DNA from: Chrysemys picta bellii | Taxonomy: Eukaryota | Direction of reading: 5' to 3' | DNA: 64,000 nt | Assembly (NCBI RefSeq): GCF_011386835.1 | Contig: NC_088800.1 | Location: 558,001 to 622,000 of the forward strand | In this document: one piece after another, positions 1-32,500 of the stretch | Numbering within the stretch: the stretch's first letter is position 1 | Layout: each line of letters opens with the position of its first letter | Program-made: the position numbers and the translations under genes | The notes under the pieces: generated by a model | What the model saw: the letters and a program-made list of their open reading frames with translations, nothing else | What the model was told of the DNA's origin: nothing | Database searches by the model: none

Positions 1-278
1 GAGGGGCAAGGGCAGCAGGGGGAGCGAGCGGGGAGGACCGGGGCCCCAGGGGGCGGGGGGCAGGCTGCCTGTTGCAGGCTGGGGCGGCCACACTGGCATG
101 TTGCGGTCCTGAGCTCACTGCGGCTCGCTGTAATCTCCTCTCCTGCCCGCCCCCACCCCCTGTGCGGTTCCTATTCCCATCACATCCTGCCCCCTCCCCG
201 TCTCTCTCCCACTCTCCGCGCCTGGCTCCAGCGCTCCCCGGCCGCCTCTCCGAGCTCCTAGCGCCCCGCTCCAGCGGC

Positions 279-20030
<19,752 letters not shown>

Positions 20031-20140
20031 ACGTGAGCCCTGCTTGGATGGGCCTCAGCTCCGGAGCCCCCCAGCCCCTCCCTGTAGTCTGACCGGTCCT
20101 ACTGGCTGTTGTGTTACCCACAATGCACTGTACCAGCCTC

Positions 20141-20146
20141 CATAAA
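20141..20146 (+). terminator. Candidate variant polyA signal (CATAAA) of CKMT1
   Basis: CATAAA 110 nt after the stop. No canonical AATAAA seen nearby on +. Confidence 0.4.
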
Positions 20147-20489
20147 CCTCTGCTGCTGTTAGCCTGGCTCTGGCTGGTTCTTAGCCCCCAGCACCCACTG
20201 GGGGCTCCCGTCTCAGCGGCCCAGGACCCATGGCTGGGGAAGCCCTGAGCCCATTCCTGACCCTGCCTAGGGAGAGGGCTCCAGGCCAGGCCCCCTGCAG
20301 CTGCCCTCACCCCCCAGGGTCACTCAGGTGGGGGCTTCAGGCGAAGGGGGCCAAGAGAGAAGAGGCTCCAAAGGGACTGCTGGGCCCAGTGCCCACAGTG
20401 GAGCTCCAGGCACCGCCGCCTCCCCGCCCAGGCAGCAGTGGTGGTGCCCGTGGCAGGACCAGCGAGCAAGCTGGCAGCAGGCTGAAAGG

Positions 20490-20495
20490 TTTATT
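20490..20495 (-). terminator. PolyA signal (AATAAA) of STRC
   Basis: TTTATT on +, 24 nt past the STRC stop codon. Confidence 0.7.
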
Positions 20496-20518
20496 ACAAA
20501 CACAGGCCCCAGCGGCTC

Positions 20519-20592
20519 TCACCCAAAGCTGTACATCAGACAGAGCAGTGCCAGGGCGCTGGGGCCAGGATGGCACCGGGCGTCATTCCTGC
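20519..20592 (-). CDS. STRC: STRC last coding exon (GPI-signal-like)
   Basis: (G)[26 protein letters not shown]. Confidence 0.88.
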
Positions 20593-23500
20593 CTGCAGGA
20601 GGAAAAGGAACGTTACTGCGCAGCTGCCTCCTCCCAGAGCCCCGGGCATTGTGCTGCCAGAGCCCCAACACCACTGCACAAGTCCTTAGGCTGTGGTCAT
20701 GGAAATGCCCGGCCTGCCCATGCGTGCACGCCCGGCCCCCCGGCACACGCAGACACGACTGCACGCCCGGCCCCCCCCCGGCACACGCAGACACGACTGC
20801 ACGCCCGGCCCCCCCCGGCACACGCAGACACGACTGCACGCCCCCCCCCCCCGGCACACGCAGACACGACTGCACGCCCGGCCCCCCCCCCGGCACACGC
20901 AGACACGACTGCACGCCCGGCCCCCCAGGCACACGCAGACACGACTGCACGCCCGGCCCCCCCCCGGCACACGCAGACACGACTGCACGCCCGGCCCCCC
21001 CCCGGCACACGCAGACACGACTGCACGCCCGGCCCCCCAGGCACACGCAGACACGACCACACATATGGGGGCTGATGCCAGGTTCTGTGGGCCCGGGGGC
21101 TCCAGAGTTGACTCTTCAGCGATGAGAGGCTGGGCCCAATCCTGTGGCAAGGGGTGAATCCCAGGGCAATGCCCCGGCCCTGCAATCACGGAATACACAG
21201 GGCAGAGCCGGTGTGTCCTGCCGCCCAGCCCCAGCAGGTGGTGCCCGGCTGTCACAGGGTGGTGGAGAGCTCGCCAGAGGGGGGGCAGCAGTAGCATGTG
21301 GGGCTCGGCCGGGAACATGCAAGAGAAGCTGTTGGGGGCAGGGTGTGCGAGGAGCTGAACTCTCACCCCTGCCATCCTGGGCGACCTCCTCCTCGTACTG
21401 GGCACTGACCACTGCTTGGCTCTGCTCGGCGCTGAGCAGCGCGCGCTGCTGGGGGGTCACGGCTGAGGCCTGGGCGCTGGTGAAGCCCAGCAGCTGGGCT
21501 GGGCTGAAAACCACCTGCGGGGGGGCAGCAGCATCACAGCACCGAACAGCTGAGCCAGCAGAGCTGCCACAGAGCGAACCCCACAGCCCCCTGGCTCTGC
21601 TCACGGGGGGTCCCAGCCCCCTGCTCCCCTGAGCTCGGCCCACCCCGCTCCCCTGAGCTCGGCCCACGCGGGGTCCCAGCCCCCTGCTCCCCTGAGCTCG
21701 GCCCACGGGGGGTCCCAGCCCCCTGCTCCCCTGAGCTCAGCCCACGGGGGGATCCCAACTCCTTGTCCCCCCCAAATTCTGCCCACAGGGGGGATCCCAG
21801 CCCCCTGTCCCCCCCGAGCTCGGCCCACGGGGAGGGGGATCCCAGCCCCCTGCTCCCCCCGAGCTCGGCCCACGGGGAGGGGGATTCCAGCCCCCTGTCC
21901 CCCAAACCCTGCCCATGGCAGAGATCCCAGCCCCCACCTCCTTGGACTCGACCCCTTTGTCCCCAGTCAGAATTCGATTTGTGGTTCGTTACACTGGAGC
22001 TAGGGCCCCACCACATGCCAGTGCAGGAAGACGGGGTTTTGTGGGCACAAGCAGGGCTGCAACTCACGGTGAATTTGGGTGCTGGGATCCCCGCGATGGC
22101 CAGCGGGGTCAGTGCCCGGATTTGCTCGGGGATGAGCGAGGACAGGACGATGTCCTGGAGCCCAGCTGGGGAGGGACACAGAGCAGGGCTGGTTACCACC
22201 CCGCGCTCTTCCCCTGCTCTCTCCCGCCCAGCTGGCCAGCCCCGGAGGGAACCGTGCACCAGAGACTGGCTCGGGCAGGACTGGGCTAGGTGGGCCCCAC
22301 GGTCTGGTCCAGTGTGGTGGTGGTGATCAGGGCTGCACAGAGGTTTTGGGGGCCCAGGGCAAAACCTGAAACTGAGCTTCCCCTGCCTCAAACCCACCAC
22401 CCCTGAGGGGAGCCCTGGAAAGCGTGTTGGGAGGTGGGTCTGAAAGGGGGCCTGGCCTGCACTCACTTGCCGAGGCAGCTCCTGTCCTGTGGGGCTGGGC
22501 CCAGCACCCCCCCCCCCCGCAGGTGTTGCGACACGGGGCAGACGTTCGCAGCACCACTCGTGATTGGCCTGGCCACCCGTCCATCATGACGAGAGCGGGG
22601 CCACCAGGCCAAACCTCAATGATGCTGCATCCCTGTGCACCAGGTCATAATGTCACCAGGTTTGGGGGCCCTGTCAAACAGGGGACCCAGGGCAAATGTC
22701 CCCTCCCCACCCGCACCCAGGGAAGCCCTCACGGGGGCACTGACATAGCTGGGATCAGCCTTCTGCTCTGGCAGCTGGAGCTGGATAAAGTCAGGCTGGG
22801 AATAAGGCCTAAATATTTCCCAGTGCATCATTAATCACTGGCACCATTGCCCAAGGGCCGGGGAGAGTCTCTCCCCCAGCACAGCTCCCCCCTCCCCCTG
22901 GCCAGGCTCACATCCTGATTGGGGGTTTCTGCTCTAGGGTCACTGTGGGGCTGGGCTCTGGCATGTGCTAGGCAGGGGGTTGGACTAGATGGGCACAATG
23001 GTCCCCTCTGGCCTTGGGATCTGGGACTCCTGAGGGGAGCGGAGTTCTACTGAGCTGGATGGACCCAGGGGCCTGGTCCAACGTGGTGGGGGACGTACAA
23101 GGCTGGATGGGCCGTGGGTCTGAACTGATGCAGGGGGTTCAGGGGTTCCAGGCTGGATGGGCCATGGGTCTGAACTGATGCAGGGGGTTCAGGGGCTCCA
23201 GGCCGGATGGGGCCGTGGGTCTGAGCTGATGCAGGGGCCCAGGGGTTCCAGGCTGGATGGGGCCGTGGGACTGAGCTGATGCAGGGGCCCAGGGGTTCCA
23301 GGCTGGATGGGCCGTGGGTCAGAGCATTCCAGGCTGGATGGGCTGTGGGTCTGGTCTGTCATGCACCTCCTACACACAGGGGACGCTAGGAGTTGCAGGA
23401 CACTGGCCAGGCGGTTCAGAGCAGAAGGCCCATGGCCAAACTCTCCTCGGCTACCCAGTTACCCCCCAGTCCCTGCCTCCCACCACCTTCCCCAGGGTCC

Positions 23501-26500
23501 CGCTGCCCCGCTCCACCCGGCCCCCCTCACCTGCCAGTGTTCCGATCTCAGTGAAGATTTCAGGGCCCCAGCTGCTAACGGGGCCGAACGCCAAGCGGGA
23601 TGTCAGCAGCTCAGCCAGTGTCTCCAGTTGCCTCTCAGAGCAGCCAAGCCTCAGGGAGCCCACGAACGGGGCAGCCTGGCTGTGGGAGAAGGGAGCACAG
23701 CCCACGTCAGACCCATCCCCCAGAGTCACAGCCGCCACCCCCAACACCGATGGCACCCAGACACCACCCCACAAGTGCCCCTCAGGGCCGACACTGCTCC
23801 CCTGGACCAGCATACACATTTCACGCCCCACTGCTGGGCAACTCCCAATTGCCTCTCGCTCTCTGGCTGCTGGACTCAGAGCGGCATTAACACCTGTAAA
23901 CTGGGATTCTCTGAACCCCAGCTCCCAAAGGCCCCCCCCCATACTCCCTCCCCGTGGCTGCACCCCCAGTCCCAGACCTGAACTCCCGGCTGTTCAGTAA
24001 CCGCATCTCATCGGCACGGAGACCGCACAGGAGGTGCCCGAGGGCAGCCAGCTCTGGGAGTGCCAGGCCCTGCACACTCATCCCACTCTGGCGCAGAAAG
24101 CTGGAGACCACGGCTCGCATCTGGGGGGAGAGCGGCCCCCGTCAGCGTAGCCCAGGGAAGCCCCCTCACCCCAGCCAGACCCGGTGACGAAGTGGGAATG
24201 TTCTTGATGTGGTCTTTGAATGCTGAGTGGGGAGTATTGACCTGGGAAGGTTGCAGGGGAGTTTTGCTGGGGCTGCCTGCACTGGGGAAAGGAGGAGACC
24301 GGAGCACGTAACCTGAGAACCCAGCAGGGGGGTTGGAGGCCAGGTGACACCTCTGCCCCAGGGAACTGGACAAAGGACACAAAGGCTGGGGGAGGAGCCG
24401 GGAAAAGGCCAGAAAGGGGGGGCCTGAAGGGCCTGTTCAGGTTTGGAGCTGGCTGGAAAATGGAGAGGGGTGCCCCGATGGGGCTTGGGCTTCCTGACGG
24501 GGCTGGGGCCTCCCTGGGCCCCCAGATGGACCTAACTAAAGGGGGGGCTGTTGTCTGTACCAGCAAGACCTGTTTTGGACTGCGTTCCTGTCGTCGAAAT
24601 AAACCTTCTGTTTTACTGGCTGGCTGAGAGTCCTGGTGAATCGCAGGAAGGGGGGTGCAGGGCCTGGTGTCCCCCACACTCCGTGACAGACCCACATTCA
24701 GCAGGCAGCAGGGCTGGGCCCCAGCCCAATCCCCATGAGCCGGGGCTGGGAGGCGGGCCCAGGGGCTTTTGGGGCACAGGAGGGTTGGGCTCCTTGCCAT
24801 GGCCCAGGGGCACTGAATGAGGCCTTACCTGTCTTGCTGTCCAGCCTTCCAGGACCCCCAGGACAGAGAGGGCCCCCCAGTTGGAGAGCTCCAGCTCGTG
24901 CAGCTCCTGCTCGCTCAGCTGGGTGGCCAGTAGGCCCAGCTGCAGGACATGAACCGGCTGCAGGGGCTGGGCAGTTCCAAACAGCTGCACGGCACGAAGG
25001 ACAGGACATTGCAAAAATGGTGCCTCCCCAGCATGGCTCCCCCCTCCCCCCGATGGGCACGCCTCCCCCCAGCACAACTTCCCCCCTCCCCCTGTGAGCA
25101 CACACTCCCCCTCCCCCTGTGATCACACCTCCCCCAGCGTGGCTCCCCCCTCCCGAATCATGGCTCCCACCCCATGAGCATGGCTCCCCCTCCCACTGAT
25201 GGGCACAGCTCCTCCCACCCCCTGTGATCACCCCCCCACCCCCACCCCCGAAGCACGGTTCCCCACAGCACACCATCCCAGGCTCTCCTATGCCCCAGCT
25301 CTTAAACCTCCCCCGGAGGAGCCCTTCAGTGTCCCAGACCCTGCGGGGTCCCGCCCATCCTTCAGGGCAGGGCATGAGCCCCCCCACCTCCGAGCCTGAG
25401 CCTCTGGGCCGCAGCCCTGCAGCGTCTCCCCAGGAGATCTGCCCTGCCAGTCCAGCTGAGCCTGCTGGGCCGGGCTGTGCTCTGTGGGCGAGCGATGCCC
25501 GGCAGCACCCCGCCGGCAGGCAGCCTTGTCCAGCCAGAGCAGGTGTGTTAGTCCCTGCGCACGGCCTGGGAAGGCCTTCGGGCAGCACAGAGCCACCAGG
25601 GTTCAGCCATTATCCAGTCTGGCCAAGCCAGGCTCCCCGAGCCAGGCTGCTCCTGGTTCCCCTCTCCCTCCTTGCCCCGTTGTTTCAGTCCCAAGGCAGC
25701 TCCTGTGTCTCCCCAGAGGCTGGTTCTGATCCCAGCCCCGGCAGGTCTCTGTCCATGGCCAGAGTCCTGCAGAGCTCACATTGCTAGTGGCGAAACAACC
25801 CTGGGGCTTCCCATTGTCCCTCCAGATCCTCTGTAACGGCCCATGGAGAGCCGGGGCAGCCCATCGGGGCCCTGCACAGGAATATCCGCCCCCAGCAGAC
25901 ACCTTCTTCTCATACAAAGCGAATGGGGGAACCCGGGAGCGGCTCACAGGCCTAAGCAATTGCTTAGTGGGTTACGCCCAGCGCTGGCTCTGCACTCATC
26001 TCACCCCAGACAGCTAGACTGACCCCGACCGCTCACGTCCTGCTTCAAGAGCAGCTTTTTAACCCTTTGCTCTGTATCTAGCAATGCAAAGCACAGAGGG
26101 AAACTGAGGCACACACAGGAATCATAAAAATATTTGACACAGCCCCCCAGCAAGAGCAGCTCCCCCCACAAGCACAGCACTGAGCACTGCTGGCTGCCCC
26201 ACTGAGTGAGCCTGGATCCCCCTCCCCCACTTGAGGAGTACAGCTCTCCCCACCCTCTTCCCTGTCTCAGTGAGCTTAGAACCCGCCCATCTCCCATTCC
26301 ATGCCCCACTCACACCCTTCGGTGGGTACCAATGCCATCTGGGACCTAGCCACGCCAGCTCTGCCTGCCCCTGGCCCCAGCAGCTTCAGCCGGGGCTCTA
26401 GCCACACCAGTTCCCCATGGCTGCACGCCCTCTCCAGCTCACCGGCTTGTCTCTCACCTGCTTGGCTTTGCCCAGAGCGGCGCGGAGCTGCTCGGGCGAG

Positions 26501-29500
26501 AGTGCAGGGTCCTGACTGATGAGATCCAGGCAGCCCTCGAAGTGGGAGGGGGCCATGCTGGAGATCTGTGCCACGCTCCAGGCCGCAGGGTAGGTGGCTC
26601 GCATGTCAGCGCAGCTGGGAACAGGGTCTGCCAAGAACAGAGCGTGAGCGACCCCGGCCAGGGAGGTGTCACCGATAGGGTGACCAAATAGCAAGTGTGA
26701 AAAATCGGGACGGGGTGGGGGGTAATAAGTGCCCGTATAAAAAAAAGCCCCCAAAATCGGGACTGTCCCTATAAAATCGGGACATCTGGTCACCCTAGTC
26801 ACCGAGCTCTGCCCTGCCCACCCCATCCCCCAGAGACACTGCAGGGCAGGGGAGCTTGTGTGTCTGGCATTGGTGGAGCCTGCCCCTGGGTGGGGAGGAC
26901 ACACGGAGATGGCACTGCGCTGAGGTAAGATGGGAGCCTGCCCCGAAGGGGAAGGACACAGGGAGATGGCATCCCCTGGGGTGGGCTGCCCGGGGGACGG
27001 GAAAGGTGATGGTGCTGTGCTGGGGGAGGGGGTGATGGGCCGAGCACCGGCAGTGCAGGTGGGGCAGTGTGACCCGCCGTCTCACCTTGTGCCCCCACTG
27101 GGCTGCTTCTCACCAGCCAGGCCACCAGTGCCTCCTTCCGGCTCCTCACCCGTCCCTGGGCACCAGGGGGTTGGCACAGCCGGCCTGGCTCGCTCTGCTC
27201 CCACTCCCGCTGGCTCTGCAGCAGCTGCTCCAGGGTGTCTCTGCTCCGTACCTCCTGGGAGACACAAGAGTGAGCAGGGCTGAGCATGGAGCTTGCCGCC
27301 AGCACCCACCTGAACAAGGCCTGGTTAGTGTGGGGCACCCGGGGGGCACAGGACGTGTAGGTGAAGGGGAGGGTGGGACATGGCACGGCATGGGGGGGCG
27401 GGGCACAGCACAGCTGGCACGAGGGGCAAGGGGTGGGAGGAATGGAGGGACGGGTGGACAGGGCGACGGAGCGGAGGGGCGGGGCAGGGCGGAGGGATGG
27501 GGCAAGGCAAGGCGATGGGTGGAGGGATGCTGGAGGAACGGAGGGACACGCAGAGGGACAAGGGGTGGGAGGAATGGAGGGACGGGTGGACAGGGCGACG
27601 GAGCAGAGGGGCGGGGCAAGGCGAGGCAATGGGCGGAGGGATGCTGGAGGAACGGAGGGACAAGGGGTGGGAGGAATGGAGGGACGGGTGGACAGGGCGG
27701 AGGGACGGGACGCGGCCGGCGTGGGGACCCTGGTCTCACCCTCGGGATGAGCCGGACGCTCTCCACCGGTAGCAGGAACACCAGGCGTCCCAGCTGCTGC
27801 ACGTCCAGGAGGCTCCAGCACTGCGGCGGGCTGCGAGGGAAAAGCAGGGTGAGGCAGGAAGAGGCAGCGAGTGGCACCAAAGCCGGCTGCGCAGGGCTGG
27901 GGCCCGCCTTACCCTAGCACCCGCTCCGTCAGCAGCAACCTCCCCAGCTCCTCAGCAAACCCCTCCGCCAGGCAGGCCCCTTGCAGCTCCTCCAGGCGCA
28001 GCAGCAGGCTCTCGGGCTGGACGTGGGCAGCAGCCTCCTGGCCCAGGAACCCCAGCAGCGGGCCCAGAAGGTCCAGCACCTCGCCTGGGATCTCGGTCTC
28101 GGCCGGCGCTCGCTGGCAGGAGAGGGAGCGGAGTGGGTGAGGCCCAGCCCTGCCCTCCCTGCAGCTGCCCGCCACGAACCCCTCCCCTCCTTACCAGGAG
28201 GCGCAGGGCCCTGTGGGCCAGGGCAGCCCGGCGGTGGGGCGGCAGCATCAGCAGGCTCTGGGGGTGGCTGCTCACATAGTCCAGAATCAGCCTGACCGAG
28301 TCGTTGGGCAGTTTGTCCACAAGCTTCGCCCTGAAAGAGTCAGAGACGCCTCAGCGCGGCTGGCAGGGCCTGGGAGGGGGCAGGGGCAGGGGGGCAGGGC
28401 CCATGACGCACCAGGGCAGAGCCGGGCGAGGGAAAGGGCCAAGGATACAGCAGGGCAAGGCAGGACTCAGGTTGGGATGGGGTGGGACCTAGGATAGAGT
28501 GGGGCAGAGCCAGGCAAGGGGTGGAGGGTAGGGGCCAGGACACAGAAGTGCAGGGTCCAGGGTGGGGTGGGGCAGGGCCCAGCAGCACCCAGGAAATGCA
28601 CCCACAGGTCTGGGGCAAGAGTCCTGTGGGGACTGCTCCCTATGGGCTCTGGGGCTGCACTGGCTGAGCTGGCGGCTGGGGGAAGCCGGCTCCCGGCTGT
28701 GCCTAGCCTTTGCCCTCGGGCCCTCAGCACCAGGAAGGCGAGGGGTATGGCGCCCAGGGCCAGTGAGCTGTCTCCTCCCTCTGGAGACAGGAGCCGCCAG
28801 CATGGTGCCGTCTAACCTCAGGGGTACCTGGGGGGCAGCTTTCCTGAAGTCCTTCTGGCCAGGTCACTGCCAATCATGCCCTCCCAGGTTTGCCCCCTGG
28901 GTTCGCTGGACTTCTCACGAGGGCGGGGGGGGGAGGAGACGTGTCTCTGGTGTGGGGGCTCCTCCTGCTGCTTCAGGAGCCACTCCAGCCCTTCCCATCT
29001 CAGGGCGTCCCCCTTGCTGACTGTAGCCTCCCCCTTTTAAAGTCCTCTGCCCTGCCACGCCCGACTAGCAGGGCCAAGGGTGGGGCTACCTTAGCACAGA
29101 GCCTCCAGGCCCCGCCCCTCAGTGGGGTCTGTCACATTCCTCTTCTCGGCCCCCACCAGGCTGCTGCGAAGGGACCCGGCCTCCCGGACCTAACCAGAGT
29201 CCAGCCCCCAGGGTCTGGGGTGCCCAGGCAGAGCCACTGTCAAGCCCTTCTGAGCGCTGGGACTCGCATTCTTGGCTCTGATGTCGGGTTACCAGATGGC
29301 AGCTCTGTGACGGAGCAGGGAGCGGAGCAGGGAGCGGGCGGATTTGACCTGGGAATGTTGCAGGGAAGTTACATTGGAGATGGGGACTTCCCTTGAAGGA
29401 AGGTACCTGAGCTGTAACCTGAGCCAGGAGGGGGGTGGGAGAAGTGACACCTTCTGGACAAAGGAGAGGAGGAGCAGGGGGGAGGGGGGAGAGAGCTCCT

Positions 29501-32500
29501 GGAGGAGGTTTTGGTTTCAGTCTTGGGCTGGATGGTGCAACACAGGGAACCTCAAGCTGGGGTCTAAGCTCCCTAACCCCCCCCAGAAGGACTTGATTGA
29601 GGGGTTCTGGTTGTACCTACACGCTCTACTTGGGACTGTGTTCCTGTTGTCTAATAACCCTTCTGTGTTACTGGCTGAGAGTCCTAGTGAATCGCAGGAA
29701 GGGGGGTGCAGGGCCCTGACTTTCCCCACTCCGTGACAAACTGAAAAAATGGGACGGGGGTGGGAGGTAATAGGTGCCAAAAAACAGGACTGTCCCTTTA
29801 AAAACAGGACATCTGGTCACCCTACTCCAGGGGTTCTCAAACTGGGGGTCAGGACCTCTCAGGGGGTCACAAGGTCATTACATGGGGGGTTGCGAGCTGT
29901 CAACCTCCACCCCAAACCCCACTTGCCTCCAGCATTTATAATGGAGTTAAATATATTAAACAGTGTGTTTAATTTATTGGGGGGGGGGTTGCACTCAGAG
30001 GCTTGCGATGTGAAAGGGGTCGCCAGTACAAAAGTTTGAGACCTATTGCCCTACTCTGATGGCTCAGACTCAGTGGCCCTAGGGGCGAGCTCCCCCCTGG
30101 GAACCGAGCACCAAGAGCAGAGATGTGTTGGGCTCTATGTCCGTGTGTGTCTGTGCTCAGACTGCCGGGAGCTCCCCGGTCCTCACCAGGCCACCCTCTG
30201 GGGCGACCTCAGGCAGGGGTCTGCAGCCAGCACTGCACCCGTGGGAGCAGGCACCTGGTCAGACCGCTGGTCTGCACCCCAGAGTCTGCCTGGGGACTCC
30301 AAGATTGGGGCAGTGGTGGACCCTGCAGGTTCGGACTCCCCAGCTCACAGCAGTGTGGTGGTAGCCAATCAGCTCTGTGACGCCAAGCAGGGATCCCAGT
30401 GCAGGTATCCATGTATGGCTGACGAGGGTACTGGTGAGAGCAGGGAGGGGTATCCAGGTCAGGTGTGGGGGGGGGGGTACCCAGGTGGGAGGGGAAGGGG
30501 ACCCACGACCGGCTCAGCGCTGGAGTGACACAGCCCGCTCTCCCTGCCCCACGGCAGCAGTGCGTTGGCAGGACAACCTACGGTAAATCCATGAGGAACC
30601 TTGGTCCCAGCCACACCAGCTCCTCCCCGGAGAGTCCCGGCCGGCTGCGGATTTCCTCCCAGACACACCGCCTCTGAGGACACAAAGTGAGGCCAGGCAA
30701 AGGGGAGACACAGCCTCGCCTGGACCCGGCCAGGGGTCCACCACGCATGGCTCAGAGCGGGGCTGGGGGTGCCAGGACAGTGCAGGGGGCACCCATACGT
30801 CCAGGCCAGAGTCACAGCGAGCGACTCGTTCCTTACCAGACTCCCAGGCAGGCGGCTGGGACATGCATAGAGAACCCGGAGAACCCCCAGGAAATCCGCC
30901 CTCCGACTGAACTGCTGCAGGCTGGCACAGCCCATGCCAGCCGCCAGAGTCCCCAGTGCCCTGCCAAGGGGACAGCGTTAGACAGCACCACGTCCTCCAC
31001 CCCACTCGAGCAGAGCCAGCCCCAGCGGGGCCAGACGCTTGGGCTAGGCCCTGCCACGGTGTCTCACCGAATCGTTTCCTGGCTCACGTTGGTGACCGCT
31101 TCAACCTTCCTCCAGAGGAACTGGGCCTGTGGAGAAGCAGGGAGGGGAGGAGTCAGCCAGGCACAGCAGCCCAAAGCCCTCCGCCCGGGAGCTCGGTTTC
31201 TCCCTCCCAACCTGGCGACAGCGTGTTACCTGCTGCTGGGACCAGGGTAACTCCCAGAACCGGCCGCTCTGCCCCAGCAGAGTCGCTGCGTCCAGGTGCA
31301 GGAGTTTGAGGGGCACAAAGGGCAAGAGGCAGTCTGGCCAGATGCTCCGGGCCTGCTGCTCACGGCTGAGCCGCTGCGAGGGAGACAGAGCCTGTGACAC
31401 AGGAGAACACGGCCCCATGGGCCTGGCGGGCAGAGCGAGAGCCAGGTCCTGCAGCATAGGAAGCTGGGCTCGGCACTGCTGTCCGTGCAACCCCCTCGAT
31501 ACCCCCCAGGTCCTGCCCACTCTGCACCTCCAGTGCCTCGACCTCTGCCCCCCAGCCCAACGTCCCCAGACCCTCAGCGTCCGCTCCAGCCCCCGGCCCG
31601 CCCGGTACCTGCAGCAGGGCTGCCTTCTGCGGGGCCGAGAGCAGAGGCAGAGCGGTGGCCAGGCATTCGCAGGCCTGGACCAGGGTGGGAGTGGGAATGG
31701 CCTGGAGGGACTCGGGCCCAAGGCCTGGCAGCAGGGGGCACAGGCTGCTCACCACACCCTCCGTCACCTGCCAGGCAAACAGAGGAGGAGATTCGGAGAG
31801 GGGAGGGGCGAGGCTGGGGGGGGCCCATCCCAGAGCCAGGAGAGGGTGGGCCCAAGGGGGCAAAGGGGTTGTGCCCACAGCAGGGAGGGCTGGGGGGGCA
31901 TAGGAGGCTGTGCCCAGAGCAGGGAGGGCTGGGGGCCTGAGAGGGGCAGTGGGGGGGGCCTAGGGGTGGAAGGCCACTACCAAAGCAGAGGGAAATTTTT
32001 AACAGGGCATGAGAGAGAGGAGCACCACATCTCGGGCTACAGACACTGGGCCTGCTCCCACCCTGCAGAGCACTGCAGGGGAGTCGGGGTGGCTGGTCTG
32101 GGAAGAGCCCACACTCACATTCTCGGTCCGGACAGCCTGCGTGAGCAGCACAGACGCCTGGAAGAGAAGGTGACACTGTGAAGAGCTGGGAGCCGGCACC
32201 CTAGCATGGGGCTGCGGGCCAGGCCAGGGGCAGCTTGCAGGGGCATCAGGGTCTGTATGTGGCTGCCCAGGCTGCATCATTGGGTGGCTTGGCAGGGCCA
32301 TTGGCACGTGGGAATTTTCTGTAATACTGTCTTGAATCCGATATGTGCCTCAGTTTCCCCTGTATTTTACATGGCTACAGGGGGCTGTCTGCTCTCAGGG
32401 CAGGCTGGGAGACAGGGTATGAATGTCACCTCGCTGGCTGAGCCCCACCTCGTCTCCAAGGAAACCCAATCGCCAGGTCACTGGCATGGACCCCGAGGCA

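Noticed and set aside
20230-21405. Several overlapping ORFs with periodic peptides, and a superficially CRISPR-like array
   Set aside because: Direct head-to-tail VNTR without unique spacers, in a vertebrate intron with no cas genes.
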